This document shows positions 26,461 to 38,715 of a stretch of DNA of 64,000 nucleotides, in pieces. The position numbers and the translations under genes are program-made. This stretch comes from Octopus sinensis (taxonomy: Eukaryota). Every line of letters starts with the position of its first letter. The stretch's first letter is position 1. The DNA lies in NCBI RefSeq assembly GCF_006345805.1, contig NC_042998.1, positions 49,352,001 to 49,416,000 on the forward strand, given 5' to 3'. Under the pieces are notes generated by a model. That model was not told the origin of the DNA, made no database searches, and was given only the letters and a program-made list of their open reading frames with translations.

Positions 26461-27378
26461 TGTGTCACTAATACATGAAAACACACACACATGCACACGT
26501 ATATACAAAAAAGATGTATGCATATGCATTGATGCATATACGTATACATGACCCTTCACTCACTCTCTCTTTCTCTCTCTCTCTCTCTCTGTTTCACACA
26601 CACGTCCATTTCATATACATCTTACACTTTATTCTTTCACTTTAAAACAAAAGTAAATAAATTAAAATTTTTACGGATATTAACGGACTCCGGATGATGA
26701 AATCACATACAGTTAAAAATATTTCTAAATGATTAAAATATTGTGTACGTCAAAAAATCGACGAAGATTGTGTGTATATGTCACAAATAGCGGACGTGGG
26801 TTTGTGTTGATTAACATGCCATGACATTCATTATATGTGTGTATTCTGTATGTGTGTTGACATCACGGAAGCCATGTTTTTTTTTACCAAGAAATAACAA
26901 ACAAAAATTGTTTAATGGCTTAAATAGAGGTCTAAATGTCACAAAAATTTGTACTGTACTGCCGAAGGTAAGTATGAAAATAAATATGTAAAAAAATTAA
27001 GGTAAAATATACTCTTTCTGAGATATTTCAGCTACATACAAACATCCTTAGAGTTTTGGCGTTATTGAGATATAAACGACGAGTTTTCCCAGTTTCTCTT
27101 TACCCAAATCACACACAAGGCAGTTAGCTCGGGATTATAGTGGAAGACACTTGCTCAAGGCACCATACAATGCGACTGAACCTGAAACCAGACGGAGATT
27201 TAGAAAAGACTGTGTCACGGAACCTTATCAGAAGGCTGCGATTGGTTGGGTTGCACATTGGCGCGTAATAGAGCAAGAGACAAATTGCTCCAATACCAAC
27301 CAATCAGAGTAGTGAACACAACAGGATCCAAGCGACTGAAGGCTAGCTGTTATCTACTACGTCCGTATTTATGTTATA

Positions 27379-27385
<7 letters not shown>
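25508..27385 (-). mobile_element. Probable non-autonomous Helitron carrying an STPR-repeat ORF fragment (25609-25914)
   Basis: Minus 3' end CCAGGCAGCGCTGAG...CCTAG, candidate 5' end TCTTACATATAACAT. The ORF has ET motifs spaced exactly 23 aa apart (ETAEMTVERL.../ETEEDRNAGL...). Confidence 0.5.

Positions 27386-27437
<52 letters not shown>
27384..27437. repeat. (GA)n microsatellite
   Basis: Directly visible. Confidence 0.95.
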
Positions 27438-27440
<3 letters not shown>

Positions 27441-28340
27441 TCACTAAGCGTACGCTACAATCCTTTCTACTATAGGTACAATGTCTGAAATTTTGGGAGA
27501 TGGAGTTAGTCTAGTATTCAACAGGTACTTAATTTAGTGACCCCGAAAGGATGAAAGGCAAAGTCGACCCCGGCGGGATTTGAACTCAGAATGTAAAGAC
27601 GGAAAAAATGCCACTAAGCATTTTACCTGTTTTTTTAACGATTCTGCCAGCTCGCAGCCTTTGGCCTTGTCTCTTAAGTCTAAATGATTACGATAATATA
27701 AAACTAGAATTAGTGTATTGACAGAATCATTAGAGAAACTTGCTAAATAATGTCTTGTAGTATTTATTTCAACTTTTCACATTACGCGTTCAAATCCTGG
27801 CGAGATTAACTTCTTTTTCCATCGTTCCGAGGTCGATAAAATAAAGTACCAATCAAGTATTTAGGCCAATGTAATCAATTAAGCCCATTTTCTAAAAATT
27901 GCTGGCCTTGAGCTTATATTGGGTTCAAATTTTGGCACAAGGCTAGCAAGTTTAGGGGAGGCGGGTAAGCCGATCATATCGACCCCAGTGCTCAATTGGT
28001 ACTTATTTTATCGACCCCGAAAGAATGTAAAGCAAAGCCAACCTCGGCGGAATTTGAACCCAGAACGTAAAGACGAACGAAATGCCGCTAAGCATGTTTC
28101 CCGGCATGCTAACGATTCTGCGAAGCTCGCCGCCTTTGGCCTTGAGCTTATAATAATATAAAATTATGACATTCTTCCCCACTCCCTTCCATCAACAAAA
28201 CCACGTCATTTAATAGTCGATATAACTGTTGATTGGTTGATTTCTCCAATCCCGCTTTGCATCGTATAGAAAGAGGGGCGGGGGAGAATAAAAGAGAGGT
28301 GCAGAAATATCTAAGTCGTGAGGTGCAGGATGAGTGCATA

Positions 28341-28560
28341 TATGAGGAGTGCTGAAAAGTTTCTAGCCTTGGGTAAAAGAAAATTCCGGAAGATCAGTTA
28401 ATTATGATTTTATGCAACGCATTTCTCTCTCAGATTCACACACTTATTGCGGTGGCCCTTCAGTTTTTCTAAGCCCTGTAAAAGAACTCGGAAGATTGGA
28501 CCTCCAACCAGGCTTTTCGCGAGACTCTTAAAGCCAGAGACTTTTCAGCACATCCGCGTA
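28341..28560. mobile_element. Mariner-like MITE
   Basis: TA-flanked imperfect TIRs TATGAGGAGTGCTGAAAAGT / ACTTTTCAGCACATCCGCGTA. Confidence 0.6.
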
Positions 28561-28595
28561 CTTGTAGGCTTGGTGACAAGCAATAAGTAACTGAA

Positions 28596-28605
28596 CACAC
28601 ACACA

Positions 28606-28677
<72 letters not shown>

Positions 28678-28678
28678 C

Positions 28679-28750
<72 letters not shown>
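28596..28750. repeat. Compound (CA)n/(GCAC)n microsatellite
   Basis: Directly visible. Confidence 0.95.
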
Positions 28751-28753
<3 letters not shown>

Positions 28754-29559
28754 AGAGACAGCGGAAGAAGGTGAATAAACTAATAATTTTTCTTTTGAAA
28801 TCTAGCATTCATCATTTTGTAAGCACCAAGAAATTTGATAAAAGTGGAATTATAATTATACTATGTTTGCCATATTTCCTGATACTACTTATGGCGGTAA
28901 AAAAATACTTCCAAATTCCCCGTCGTATGACCGGGAACACTAGATTGTATTATATTATTTGTTTTTCCACACGTCCCTTAACCCCCTTGGGGGTCGTTGG
29001 GGCGCTACAGCCATGCAGCGTATTTAGGGCTAGAAAGCCTGGGAGAGCCCATTCCTCTTCAGGCTAAACTCATTTCTACAGCTGAGTGGACTGGAGCAAC
29101 GTGAAATGAAGAGTTTTGCTCAAGAACACAACGCGTCGCCCGGTCCAGGAATCGAAACAACAATCTTACGATTGTAAGTCCAACATCTTAACCACAAAGC
29201 CACGTGCTTCCACGCTATGTTATTAGAAGTGGGTAAATTTGTACAATATCTCAAAATATTTTTTCCATAACTGTAACCATATCTTTCAGATGGTCTTCTA
29301 AATGTGAACCGAATGACACTGCACAAATTCCTAAGAAAGTTCGTTAGTTAGACTGGGTTGCTGTGTGGGTGCTTTATTAGGAATCTGTGTCGTGAATTTT
29401 CAGGAATCTCGATACGTTTAGTTGGAGCACTCTCGTCGTGCTTTACCTCATCCTTAGTTCCACCAAAAAATAGCGAACATATGTCCATAATTGTCGCTGT
29501 TTCTCTTCAATGATTGTGAAGGAACGAATTCGAGTATATTGAGGATGTGATTCCTTTAG

Positions 29560-30300
29560 TTCAATTAAGACCAAAAGAGTCTTTCTTATGGCTGCACCTC
29601 TTCAAAAACCTTTTTGGGTAATGAAAGTCAAGTTGGCATGGTCATTCCAGTAGCCGTATTTTGGGGAATGGTGAAATGATGTTTATGAAATATTGTGTTT
29701 GTGGATGTTCGTAAAATATTACACTGAATGTAAACAGAATAAATCCACATGCAGGAATCGGCAGACTTTCGGCTTGAAGGGTAAATGACAGTGTTTTCTA
29801 AATGATACTAGCATAGCTCTCACGCTGCTTATTTCCAGTAAGGCACATGGAATCGAGCGGTTAATTGGGAGTACTTTTTCATGTATGAAAGACTGCAGTT
29901 CAGAATTCCTGAAGGTGGTTTCTTGATCTGAGTGGACGTACCTTGGTAAAGCAGATTTAAAAATAGTGTAATCAAGCAAGAAATGGCAACTGTTAAAGGA
30001 ATACGACATGGAAAATAATAGTATTCACCAACCACCAACTGGTATTTATATGCCGTCAAAGGTTCATTAATTTTTTAAACAACGCTTATTCATTTGATCT
30101 GATGCAGTGAAACAAATGCATTGGAACAACGTTTTGTATGAAATTCGTATTATGCTTTTAACATTTGATAAATGTGGTATTCAGAAACAACAAGTTTAGT
30201 GTCATCAAGTACACAGGATCTTTAACTCAAAATGCAACAGTTTTGTAATAACAGAATGTTAGAGATGTGTCAGGTTCTTAGATGTTACTCCTTGGAGTAA
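29560..30300 (-). pseudogene. Decayed Gypsy-type integrase remnant
   Basis: PRYVHSDQETTF..SELQSF resembles the rve core motif P..IHSD.G..F; heavily disrupted. Confidence 0.5.
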
Positions 30301-31011
30301 TACCGCTAAAGTCAAGTAATAGGTTCTTAATAAGAAATTGCTGGACGATCTAAGATTCCGTAACCGAACAGCTGAGCTTCTGATCGCCAGTGTGTTATTT
30401 TCTTACACAGGCTTAGCGTGAATTCGATCCTAGATAGCCAAATTTAAATTAAGAATTCAACAGAACTTTTCTCACGATAAAACAATAGTTTTTCTGTGAC
30501 AGCGGTTTACATTTTCCAGATGCCTTAGCTAAGCAAAATGTTGTCTTCGCCACTTGACACTTCTAACCCCTTATAAGCCACCAAAAGCTAGAATTAAGAT
30601 AACAAGTACCACTAACGAAATCTATTCTTCTTAACGAAATGTCTATCCTGGATAGTTATAAAAACAAGAACCCCCAAGCAAAAGTTAGTGAGAACCGAGA
30701 GAGCGACACCAGTTAGTGAACGGACCTCTAGAATCATGGTCACAAGCAGGCAGCCACTAAAAACAAACGGCCAGAGGGAAAAAGAAAGTTACAATCAGCG
30801 TCTATGCGAGACAACTTCCCTTGACTCTCTCACTATCACTAGCTCAGCTCACTTTCTTCTTACAACATCACTCCATCTCTATCTGTAAGTCCTACTACAC
30901 AATGACGAGAACACAAACACAGACTATATAAGGAAAATCTACGACATCTATCTATACTTCACATGCTTTACGATTTTATTACCTGCCCGTCGAGGCAAAG
31001 TGTTTTTACGA

Positions 31012-31201
31012 TGTAACGGTAAAATAAATATTTTCTTTACAACTTCAATCACCGTTCTTTCATCTTTACATAATGGCAATCAACGAAGAACCAATCCTTA
31101 CAAACTGATTACGATCCCGACGTTCCATACTATTGTTTACAAATTAATTCCAACCGTTGCAAAAAAAATTAATCCTCTCCCGTTACAAATTGGTGACCCC
31201 G
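31012..31201 (+). mobile_element. Short LTR (31012-31187) followed by a tRNA-Trp-type primer-binding site (31191-31201)
   Basis: Termini TGTAACGG...CCGTTACA are perfect 8-bp inverted repeats. TGGTGACCCCG is complementary to the 3' end of eukaryotic tRNA-Trp. Confidence 0.7.
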
Positions 31202-31742
31202 CTAACAACAAACCGTCACACTTTTATCATTTACGTTTTATATCAAACTTAAGCTATGGATTTTTGACAGAAAATGGTGCGACCTTTTGACAGCTTTAAC
31301 TACTGCATGGGGATCTTTCTCTACTGCGAAATAATTTTTCTTGAAACAAAGTAGGCTTACTGTTTTGGTTAAGTGTAGCTTTAACGGCATAGGCCCAAGA
31401 CCCAGGCATGCAGAGGGTGCAAGCTCACCTCCTAAAATTTTTTGGGGGTGCAAAATCAAAATTTGCACCCCTACTTATTTTTCTTGGGTTTTGAAAACGG
31501 CGTAAAAGGTGATCTGTAAAACATAGCTTAAAGTTAGGTTTCTTCTCAAAGATCAAAGAACAAAAATAAATAGCAAAAACAATAAGACCTTGTTTGTAAA
31601 AAAAAGGATCTGTGTTTGCACTCACTAAGCAAATTTCGTTCCCGAACCAGTGACTTGCCCGTAGTCCCAGAGGCATCCGTTTCGGTGGTGAACAGTTATA
31701 AGCGTTAAACAGCAATGAGAAGTGAATAAATTCATAATACTA

Positions 31743-32163
31743 GGATCTTTTCGATTTGAACGGCAGTTTTTAAAAATAATTTCTACGTAACTAAACACTT
31801 TTAAACTTCGTATACTGGTAGAATGTGTTTATAAAACATCTTTTTCTCTTGGCTTTATTGAGAAAATTCTGTAGTTTATAAGATATTTGCTGTTGTTTTT
31901 TTTCTTCAATTTCTGCAATTTCAACCACTCAATGACGTCTATTGAGGTGAAAAACATTCTGTGCCGTATGAATATGTCCCTCGTTTAAGAAACAGATTGG
32001 GTTTATTTACATTTGTGAAGAAAAAAAAATACCCTTCCCTCCACCCCTAACCCTAACCCTAAAAGAGATTGAAATGCAATAGATCGATACTAGGGTCATA
32101 ATTATGGGTGACAATTTCATATGACACCGCTAGAAAAAACTGCCGTTCAAACCGAAAAGATCC
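31743..32163. mobile_element. MITE, second copy of the 20304-20711 family
   Basis: GGATCTTTTCG...CGAAAAGATCC TIRs, perfect 8-bp TSD TAATACTA; internal (CCCTAA)3. Confidence 0.9.
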
Positions 32164-32567
32164 TAATACTATAATACTAAGTGGGCACGGACACTTCTTT
32201 TGCTAAAGTTAAACGTGTGAGATTAAAATATAATTCATTTGATAGCTTAGAATGCATGTAGACTCCGTTGAAAATTTAATGCTTACTATTATTCAGTTCA
32301 GTGCTTACGATCAACTTTAAATATTTAGATAAATTTTTATGCTCCTTTGGAATTACCATATATGGTGGTGTATCTTCCAACCTATTTTCTTACTGTATAT
32401 AGTGATTTAATTTAAATAGGCCTGCCTTCCAACCCACTTTATTACCAATATACGCTGATGTAATTTAAATAGGCTTTCTAACCCGTTTTATCAACATAAA
32501 TGTTGATATAATTTATATATATATATACGTGCCTTCCAACGCGTTTTATTATTATGGTAATATAATA

Positions 32568-33530
32568 AGGTGGCGAGCTGGCAGGATTGTTAGCAGGCCA
32601 GGCGAAGTGGCAGAATTGTTAGCGGCATTTCGTCCGTCTATAAGGCGGCGAGCTGACAGAAACGTTAGCACGCCAGGCGAAATGCGTAGCTGTATTTCGC
32701 CTGCCGTTACGTTCTGAGTTCAAATTCCACCGAGGTCGACTTTGCCTTTCATCCTTTCGGGGTCGATAAATTAAGTACCAGTTACGCACTGGGGTCGATA
32801 TAATCAACTTAATCCGTTTGTCTGTCCTTGTTTGACCTCTCTGTGTTTAGCCCCTTGTGGGTAGTAAAGAAATAGGCAATATAATAAGGCGGCGAGCTGG
32901 CAGAATCGTTAGCACAGCGGGCGAAATGCTTAGCGGTATTTCGTCTGCCGTTACGTTCTGAGTTCAAATTCCGCCGAGGTCGACTTTGCCTTTCATCTTT
33001 TAGGGGGTCGATTAAATAAGTACCAGTTGCGCACTGGGGTCGATAAAATCGACTTAATTCGTTTGTCTGTCCTTGTTTGTCCTCTCTGTGTTTAGCCCCT
33101 TGTGGGTAGTAAAGAAATAGGCAATATAATAAGGCGGCGAGCTGGCAGAATCGTTAGCACAGCGGGCGAAATGCTTAGCGGTATTTCGTCTGCCGTTACG
33201 TTCTGAGTTCAAATTCCGCCGAGGTCGACTTTGCCTTTCATCTTTTAGGGGGTCGATTAAATAAGTACCAGTTGCGCACTGGGGTCGATAAAATCGACTT
33301 AATTCGTTTGTCTGTCCTTGTTTGTCCTCTCTGTGTTTAGCCTCTTGTGGGTAGTAAAGAAATAGGCATTTCGTCCGTCTATGCGTTCTCAGTTCAAAAT
33401 CCGCCGAGGTAGACTTTGCCTTTCATATTTTCGAAGTCGACAAAATAAGTACCAGTTGAATACTGGGGTCGATGTAATCACTTAGCCACTTCTCTGAAAC
33501 TGTTGACCTCTTGTCAAAAGTTGAAACCAC
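32568..33530 (+). repeat. Second tandem array of the tRNA-derived SINE (period 245 bp)
   Basis: Units at ~32642, 32886 and 33131 plus partial units. The 32886 and 33131 units are almost identical, including the spacer GGCAATATAAT. Confidence 0.9.
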
Positions 33531-34315
33531 TAGTATGGTGATATAATTTGCATATGCCTAAGTACCTTCCAGCCTGTTTTATTACCATAAGTTTTATGTG
33601 ATTTAAACACGTATTGAGGGTCTTTTCTGTTTGACCTTCACTTTTCAATTCCTTTAATTTTACTCCAATTGATTTCAAATTTGGAGAATTGGTGTATGCT
33701 AATTATGGAAATGAAATTTATTTTTGATATAAATTAATAAATAAAAAGTTATATGCTCTGAATAGGGGAAGAAAGAGGCTAAAGCTGTTAAAATATCCAA
33801 TTTTTGCTTGTCACGTTGTTTTTTTTTTTTGCATTTCTAAGGACTCTAGTTGCATGCGCAACAGGTTAATGAGATTTGCATTAATTTTCATTTCATCCTC
33901 GTAGCCAAATAATGTTATAAAGTAACACGAATTATATTGTGCTCAACATATAACTTTACAAACTGTAAGATATTTGTTATCTATCTCTGTCTGATATCTG
34001 CACTTGTAGGGTGCCTCACAACATTTCCCTACAATGTTGTAGAAAGGAATAAAACGGCAGAAACACAAATAGCTGAACAAATAACAATAATTGTTTATTG
34101 TTTCACAGAAGGAGATACTTCATCGCTGGTCATCGGTAGCCTGAACGCCTGGGTTAGGAAAGCAGCAGAGTCGGATTAAATCACCATGGTTAAAACAGTC
34201 TTCACCGCTTGCGGAGTCTGGTTCGTTCCTTCGTTCGGAGCCTTGTCGGGACACATCTTAATTCATCGACCGCCAAGAGCCAAGAGGCTTGGAATAGCGG
34301 GAAAGGCTAACTGCT

Positions 34316-34349
<34 letters not shown>

Positions 34350-34452
34350 ACTTATAAATGAGGACTAAAGAAAATTATTTCAATGCCAATATGCTGATAA
34401 CAGACTTTTAAATCGTCTATTTCCACATATTATTTACTCGCTACAGAAAAAT

Positions 34453-34556
34453 AAACACGAAGAACTGAAATCAGGGAAGCCGGCCGATAGAATTTTAAAA
34501 AAAAGTTTAAGAAATTCTATCGGCCGGCTTTCCCGATTTCAGTTCTTCGTGTTTTT
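34453..34556. repeat. ~45-bp-arm hairpin
   Basis: AACACGAAGAACTGAAATCAGGGAAGCCGGCCGATAGAATTT and its near reverse complement at 34512-34553. Confidence 0.85.
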
Positions 34557-34910
34557 ACCATAGCACAATCTTCTCTCTTAGTCGTTTTTCTTGGCCTACC
34601 TGTAGACTTTCTTGCTTCACACGAACCACAATCATCGAAGACCTTAAGAATACCGTGAACAACACTTTTTGACTTGTTAACAATCTTTGCAATAGACCCA
34701 AAACTTAACGGAGTAAGTGGCATTATATTAACAACGTACACTGCAGATATTCTTACTAATGTAGTAAACGAACCATCACGTAAACAAATTCAAAACATTA
34801 GAGTTCGCCGGTTAAATAATACTAAAACACGGAGTAAAAGCAACCGTTCTGATCATTTTGGCCGCCATGGGTCGAAAACAATGCCGTTCTGAACATTTTG
34901 GCCGCAACTG
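34555..34910 (-). mobile_element. Truncated inverted copy of the Tc1 left end
   Basis: Reverse complement of 36069-~36470 with an internal ~45-bp deletion; ends in TIR + (TA)n. Confidence 0.9.
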
Positions 34911-34922
34911 TATATATATATA

Positions 34923-34953
<31 letters not shown>

Positions 34954-35043
34954 CGCAACTGTATATATATATATATACAGTAAATGTAAATAGACAAAGA
35001 GATATAAGTATAAAATTTCAAATATAATATGTAATTAAATCAA

Positions 35044-35149
35044 TCTGACAGCTGTTTCGGCAGCGAGGGCAGTCATACCTCATTTAACCTATAAGCCATA
35101 AAGGCAGGTATATGAGACATTAACAGGATGCCCCACGCCTCTTCAGAGA
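35044..35149 (-). ncRNA. Mirror-image hammerhead ribozyme in the left palindrome arm
   Basis: Reverse complement of 35569-35678 with the core intact. Confidence 0.8.
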
Positions 35150-35568
35150 ATTAAATTTGTTATAATTGGGAAAAAATTATTTTTCCATATACATATAAAT
35201 ATAAAAATATAAAAATGCAAAATATAAAAACTTATGCATAAACTTCATAATGCTACACTTATATAATATAATACTCATTGGTACAATAATGCAAGGTAAA
35301 CAAAACAAAATAAAACAAAATATATATCAGTGTATATATTAATATTAATAAGCACAGTACTGTGCTTATTAATATTAATATATACACTGATATATATTTT
35401 GTTTTATTTTGTTTTGTTTACCTTGCATTATTGTACCAATGAGTATTATATTATATAAGTGTAGCATTATGAAGTTTATGCATAAGTTTTTATATTTTGC
35501 ATTTTTATATTTTTATATTTATATGTATATGGAAAAATAATTTTTTTCCCAATTATAACAAATTTAAT

Positions 35569-35678
35569 TCTCTGAAGAGGCCGTGGGGCATCCTTGTTAA
35601 TGCCTCATTTATACCTGCCTTTATGGCTTATAGGTTAAATGAGGTATGACTGCCCTCGCTGCCGAAACAGCTGTCAGA
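35569..35678 (+). ncRNA. Type I hammerhead ribozyme (Penelope-type, long stem II)
   Basis: UCU-CUGAAGA-GGC...GCC-GAAA-CAGCUG-UC-AGA: canonical core, palindromic stem III, GUC cleavage predicted after 35675. Confidence 0.8.
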
Positions 35679-36030
35679 TTGATTTAATTACATATTATAT
35701 TTGAAATTTTATACTTATATCTCTTTGTCTATTTACATTTACTGTATATTTTGTATAATGCCTTTACTGATATGTAATGGTGTAATAAAGTAATGTTTGG
35801 GTATCATCTGATAGTTGATGTTTTATTGATTTAAGTATGTTTCTCCATTTTCTAATTTTGTAGTATTAATTTACGGTAATATTATTACCTTTACCCATAT
35901 AATACAATAGATGAACTGATTGTTTGGCAATTTTTAACATCTATGTATTAGTCTTGTTGGGTACCTATCTAGCAGTATATTGGATATATGTTATCCCATG
36001 GTGGGTTGAATTTTCAACCCCTATCTCATT

Positions 36031-36068
<38 letters not shown>

Positions 36069-36071
<3 letters not shown>

Positions 36072-37490
36072 TTGCGGCCAAAATGTTCAGAACGGCATTG
36101 TTTTCGACCCATGGCGGCCAAAATGATCAGAACGGTTGCTTTTACTCCGTGTTTTAGTATATTTAACCGGCGAACTCTAATGTTTTGAATTTGTTTACGT
36201 GATGGTTCGTTTACTACATTAGTAAGAATATCTGCAGTGTACGTTGTTAATATAATGCCACTTACTCCGTTACCAATTCTTCAGCAGATTATTAAGCTTC
36301 GAAAGAAGGATAATTTAAGTTTTTGGGTCTATTGCAAAGATTGTTAACAAGTCAAAAAGTGTTGTTCACGGTATTCTTAAGGTCTTCGATGATTGTGGTT
36401 CGTGTGAAGCAAGAAAGTCTACAGGTAGGCCAAGAAAAACGACTAAGAGAGAAGATTGTGCTATGGTAAAGTTGGTTAAAAAGGACAGATTTAAAACTGC
36501 TGCTGCTGTTTCTTGGGAAATGAGCATTGTACTGAAGAAAACGTTATCTCGAAAAACTGTCTCATCGTTTAGTTGAACATAACCTACAAGCAAGATCACC
36601 TGCAGTGAAGCCACTGATCAGCTCCAAAAATAAAAACTGTCGTCTTACCTTTGCAACCGAACATGTGTTGTGGTCTCAAGAAAAATGGCAAACGGTGCAT
36701 TTCAGTGATGAATCTAAGTTTATGTTATTTGGCTCAGATGGGAAAAGGTACGTTCGTTGAAAAGTAGGTGAAAAATTGTCGCCTAAATGCCTTAAGACTA
36801 GTGTTAAATTCGGTGGAGGAAGTGTCATGGTTTGGGGGATGATATCTGGAGATATTGTGGGCCCTTTGGTGCGATTACATGGAAAGGTAAATGCAGGAGT
36901 TTATAAACAACTTGTAAAAGATCATGTCTTGCCTGTGCTGAGAAATTCAACTAAGCGACCACCCATATTCATGCAGGACAATGCCCCATGTCACAAGGCT
37001 AAGGTGGTCATGAACTTCCTCAAGACTGAAAAGGTTATTGTTATGGATTGGCCTGCTCAAAGCCCAGACCTCAATCCTATTGAAAATGTGTGGAATATTC
37101 TAGGAGAAAGTTTGAAAGCCAGAAATCCTAAAACAACCGAGCAATTATGGAATGCCCTTCAGGAAGAATGGAATAAGATCACCCAGCAAGAAATTGAAAA
37201 TTTAATTTCCCCATGCAGTCGAAAATGCCAAACTTTGATTGAAGCTAAAGGGCTTCACATTAAATATGAAATAATTCCAACATTCTCTGTCACTTTTTGA
37301 TTATTTTGTTATTTTTTCAACCGTTCTGATCATTTTGGCCACCATAGGTTTTGCAGTAAATCACTAAATCATCCATAACTTTTGTATTATCCTCTCAAAT
37401 TACACCAAAATCTCAGACAATAACAATTAATATCGTATATCTACTTTTCTGGCGAAAACAATGCCGTTCTGAACATTTTGGCCGCAACTG
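36069..37490 (+). mobile_element. Tc1-family DNA transposon, IR/DR type, 1422 bp
   Basis: 38-bp perfect TIRs CAGTTGCGGCCAAAATGTTCAGAACGGCATTGTTTTCG inserted in (TA)n. Inner repeats GGCCAAAATGATCAGAACGG at ~36116 and ~37321-37341. Confidence 0.95.
36255..37300 (+). pseudogene. Tc1 DD34E transposase, disrupted
   Basis: GRPRKT, VHFSDESKF, QDNAPCH and SPDLNPIE motifs; 34 residues between the second D and E; in-frame TGA at ~36758 and frameshifts. Confidence 0.92.
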
Positions 37491-37500
37491 TATATATATA

Positions 37501-37565
<65 letters not shown>

Positions 37566-38113
37566 TGTGTGTGTGTGTGTGTGTGTGTGTATAATATATA
37601 TACTATAGCAGACACCCAGAAATATCCTTGGTTGGTGTGAGGACGTGCAGTAAAACCACCGGGAGTGAGAGTTCCCTAGCTATTGTCACGGCATCCTCCT
37701 AGGAGAGGGACAATTTGATGGGAAACTTGTGGTTTCACTTAATTGTGTTCATCTCGCTCCGGCGTGTCCCTAGGTGCTAATCATGGAAACTCAGAGAGAT
37801 GTACTCGTGTTGTACAAGCGTTTATCACTATACTCCAATGACGCGCAGATGCTTCTTTATGGTGAACTTATTCGTCGTTCCATCAACTGAAAATCCCATG
37901 GTGGTGCGAGAAAGTGGTGATGTGTTCTGACCTAACCACTTGAAAGCGCACACCAAGTTACAACTTCCGTTTGTCACCTATACTTCAAACCATTTAGATC
38001 TACAGCGGGACTGAATAGTCATCTGAGGGGTCATGTACGGTGAGTCAGAAATGTTATTGACAACGAGAAAGTACAAGGAGACGGCAATCATCAGTGAAAA
38101 TGGTGCAATCTCC

Positions 38114-38115
<2 letters not shown>

Positions 38116-38144
<29 letters not shown>

Positions 38145-38197
38145 TGTATGTATGTATGTATGTATGTATGTATGTATGTATGTATGTATGTATGTAT
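38116..38197. repeat. (TATG)n microsatellite
   Basis: Directly visible. Confidence 0.95.
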
Positions 38198-38235
38198 ACC
38201 TACACACACACGACTTTGTTGTCCTCTTTAACAAT

Positions 38236-38288
<53 letters not shown>

Positions 38289-38683
38289 GTATGTATGTAT
38301 ATGTATGTACCAGAGAAAAAACATTATAAAATGTTTATAAAATAAAACAATAGCATAATTTCAGTAATTTCGCCTAATGCACTGCGGTAAACGACTCATC
38401 AGCTTATGTAATATTGTATTATTTGTTTACAAAATAAATATAAGATAAAAATAATATTATATTCATTATATATAGTTGTTTCCGGTTACCAGTCCTTAGC
38501 ACATTGGATATAAAAAGAAATAATTAAAAAAACAAAACTGCTGGTACGCCGCATCAGATAATTTGAGAAGTACTGATCTACGTGACATTGTAATTATTTT
38601 ATCATTTGTTTCGGAACAAGTCTGGGAAATACCAATTACTTATAATTTCTTCTGTATTTACCCGTTTGCATCATTAAACCTAT

Positions 38684-38715
<32 letters not shown>

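Larger units (their letters stand above)
34973..35749. repeat. ~780-bp near-perfect palindrome with no spacer (centre 35358/35359), Penelope pLTR-like; right arm continues unpaired to ~36035
   Basis: Centre AAGCACAGT|ACTGTGCTT; arms match with few indels; (TA)n on both outer sides. Confidence 0.95.

Noticed and set aside
32045-32062. (CCCTAA)3 as an interstitial telomere
   Set aside because: It is internal to a MITE; the homologous position in the other copy is degenerate.
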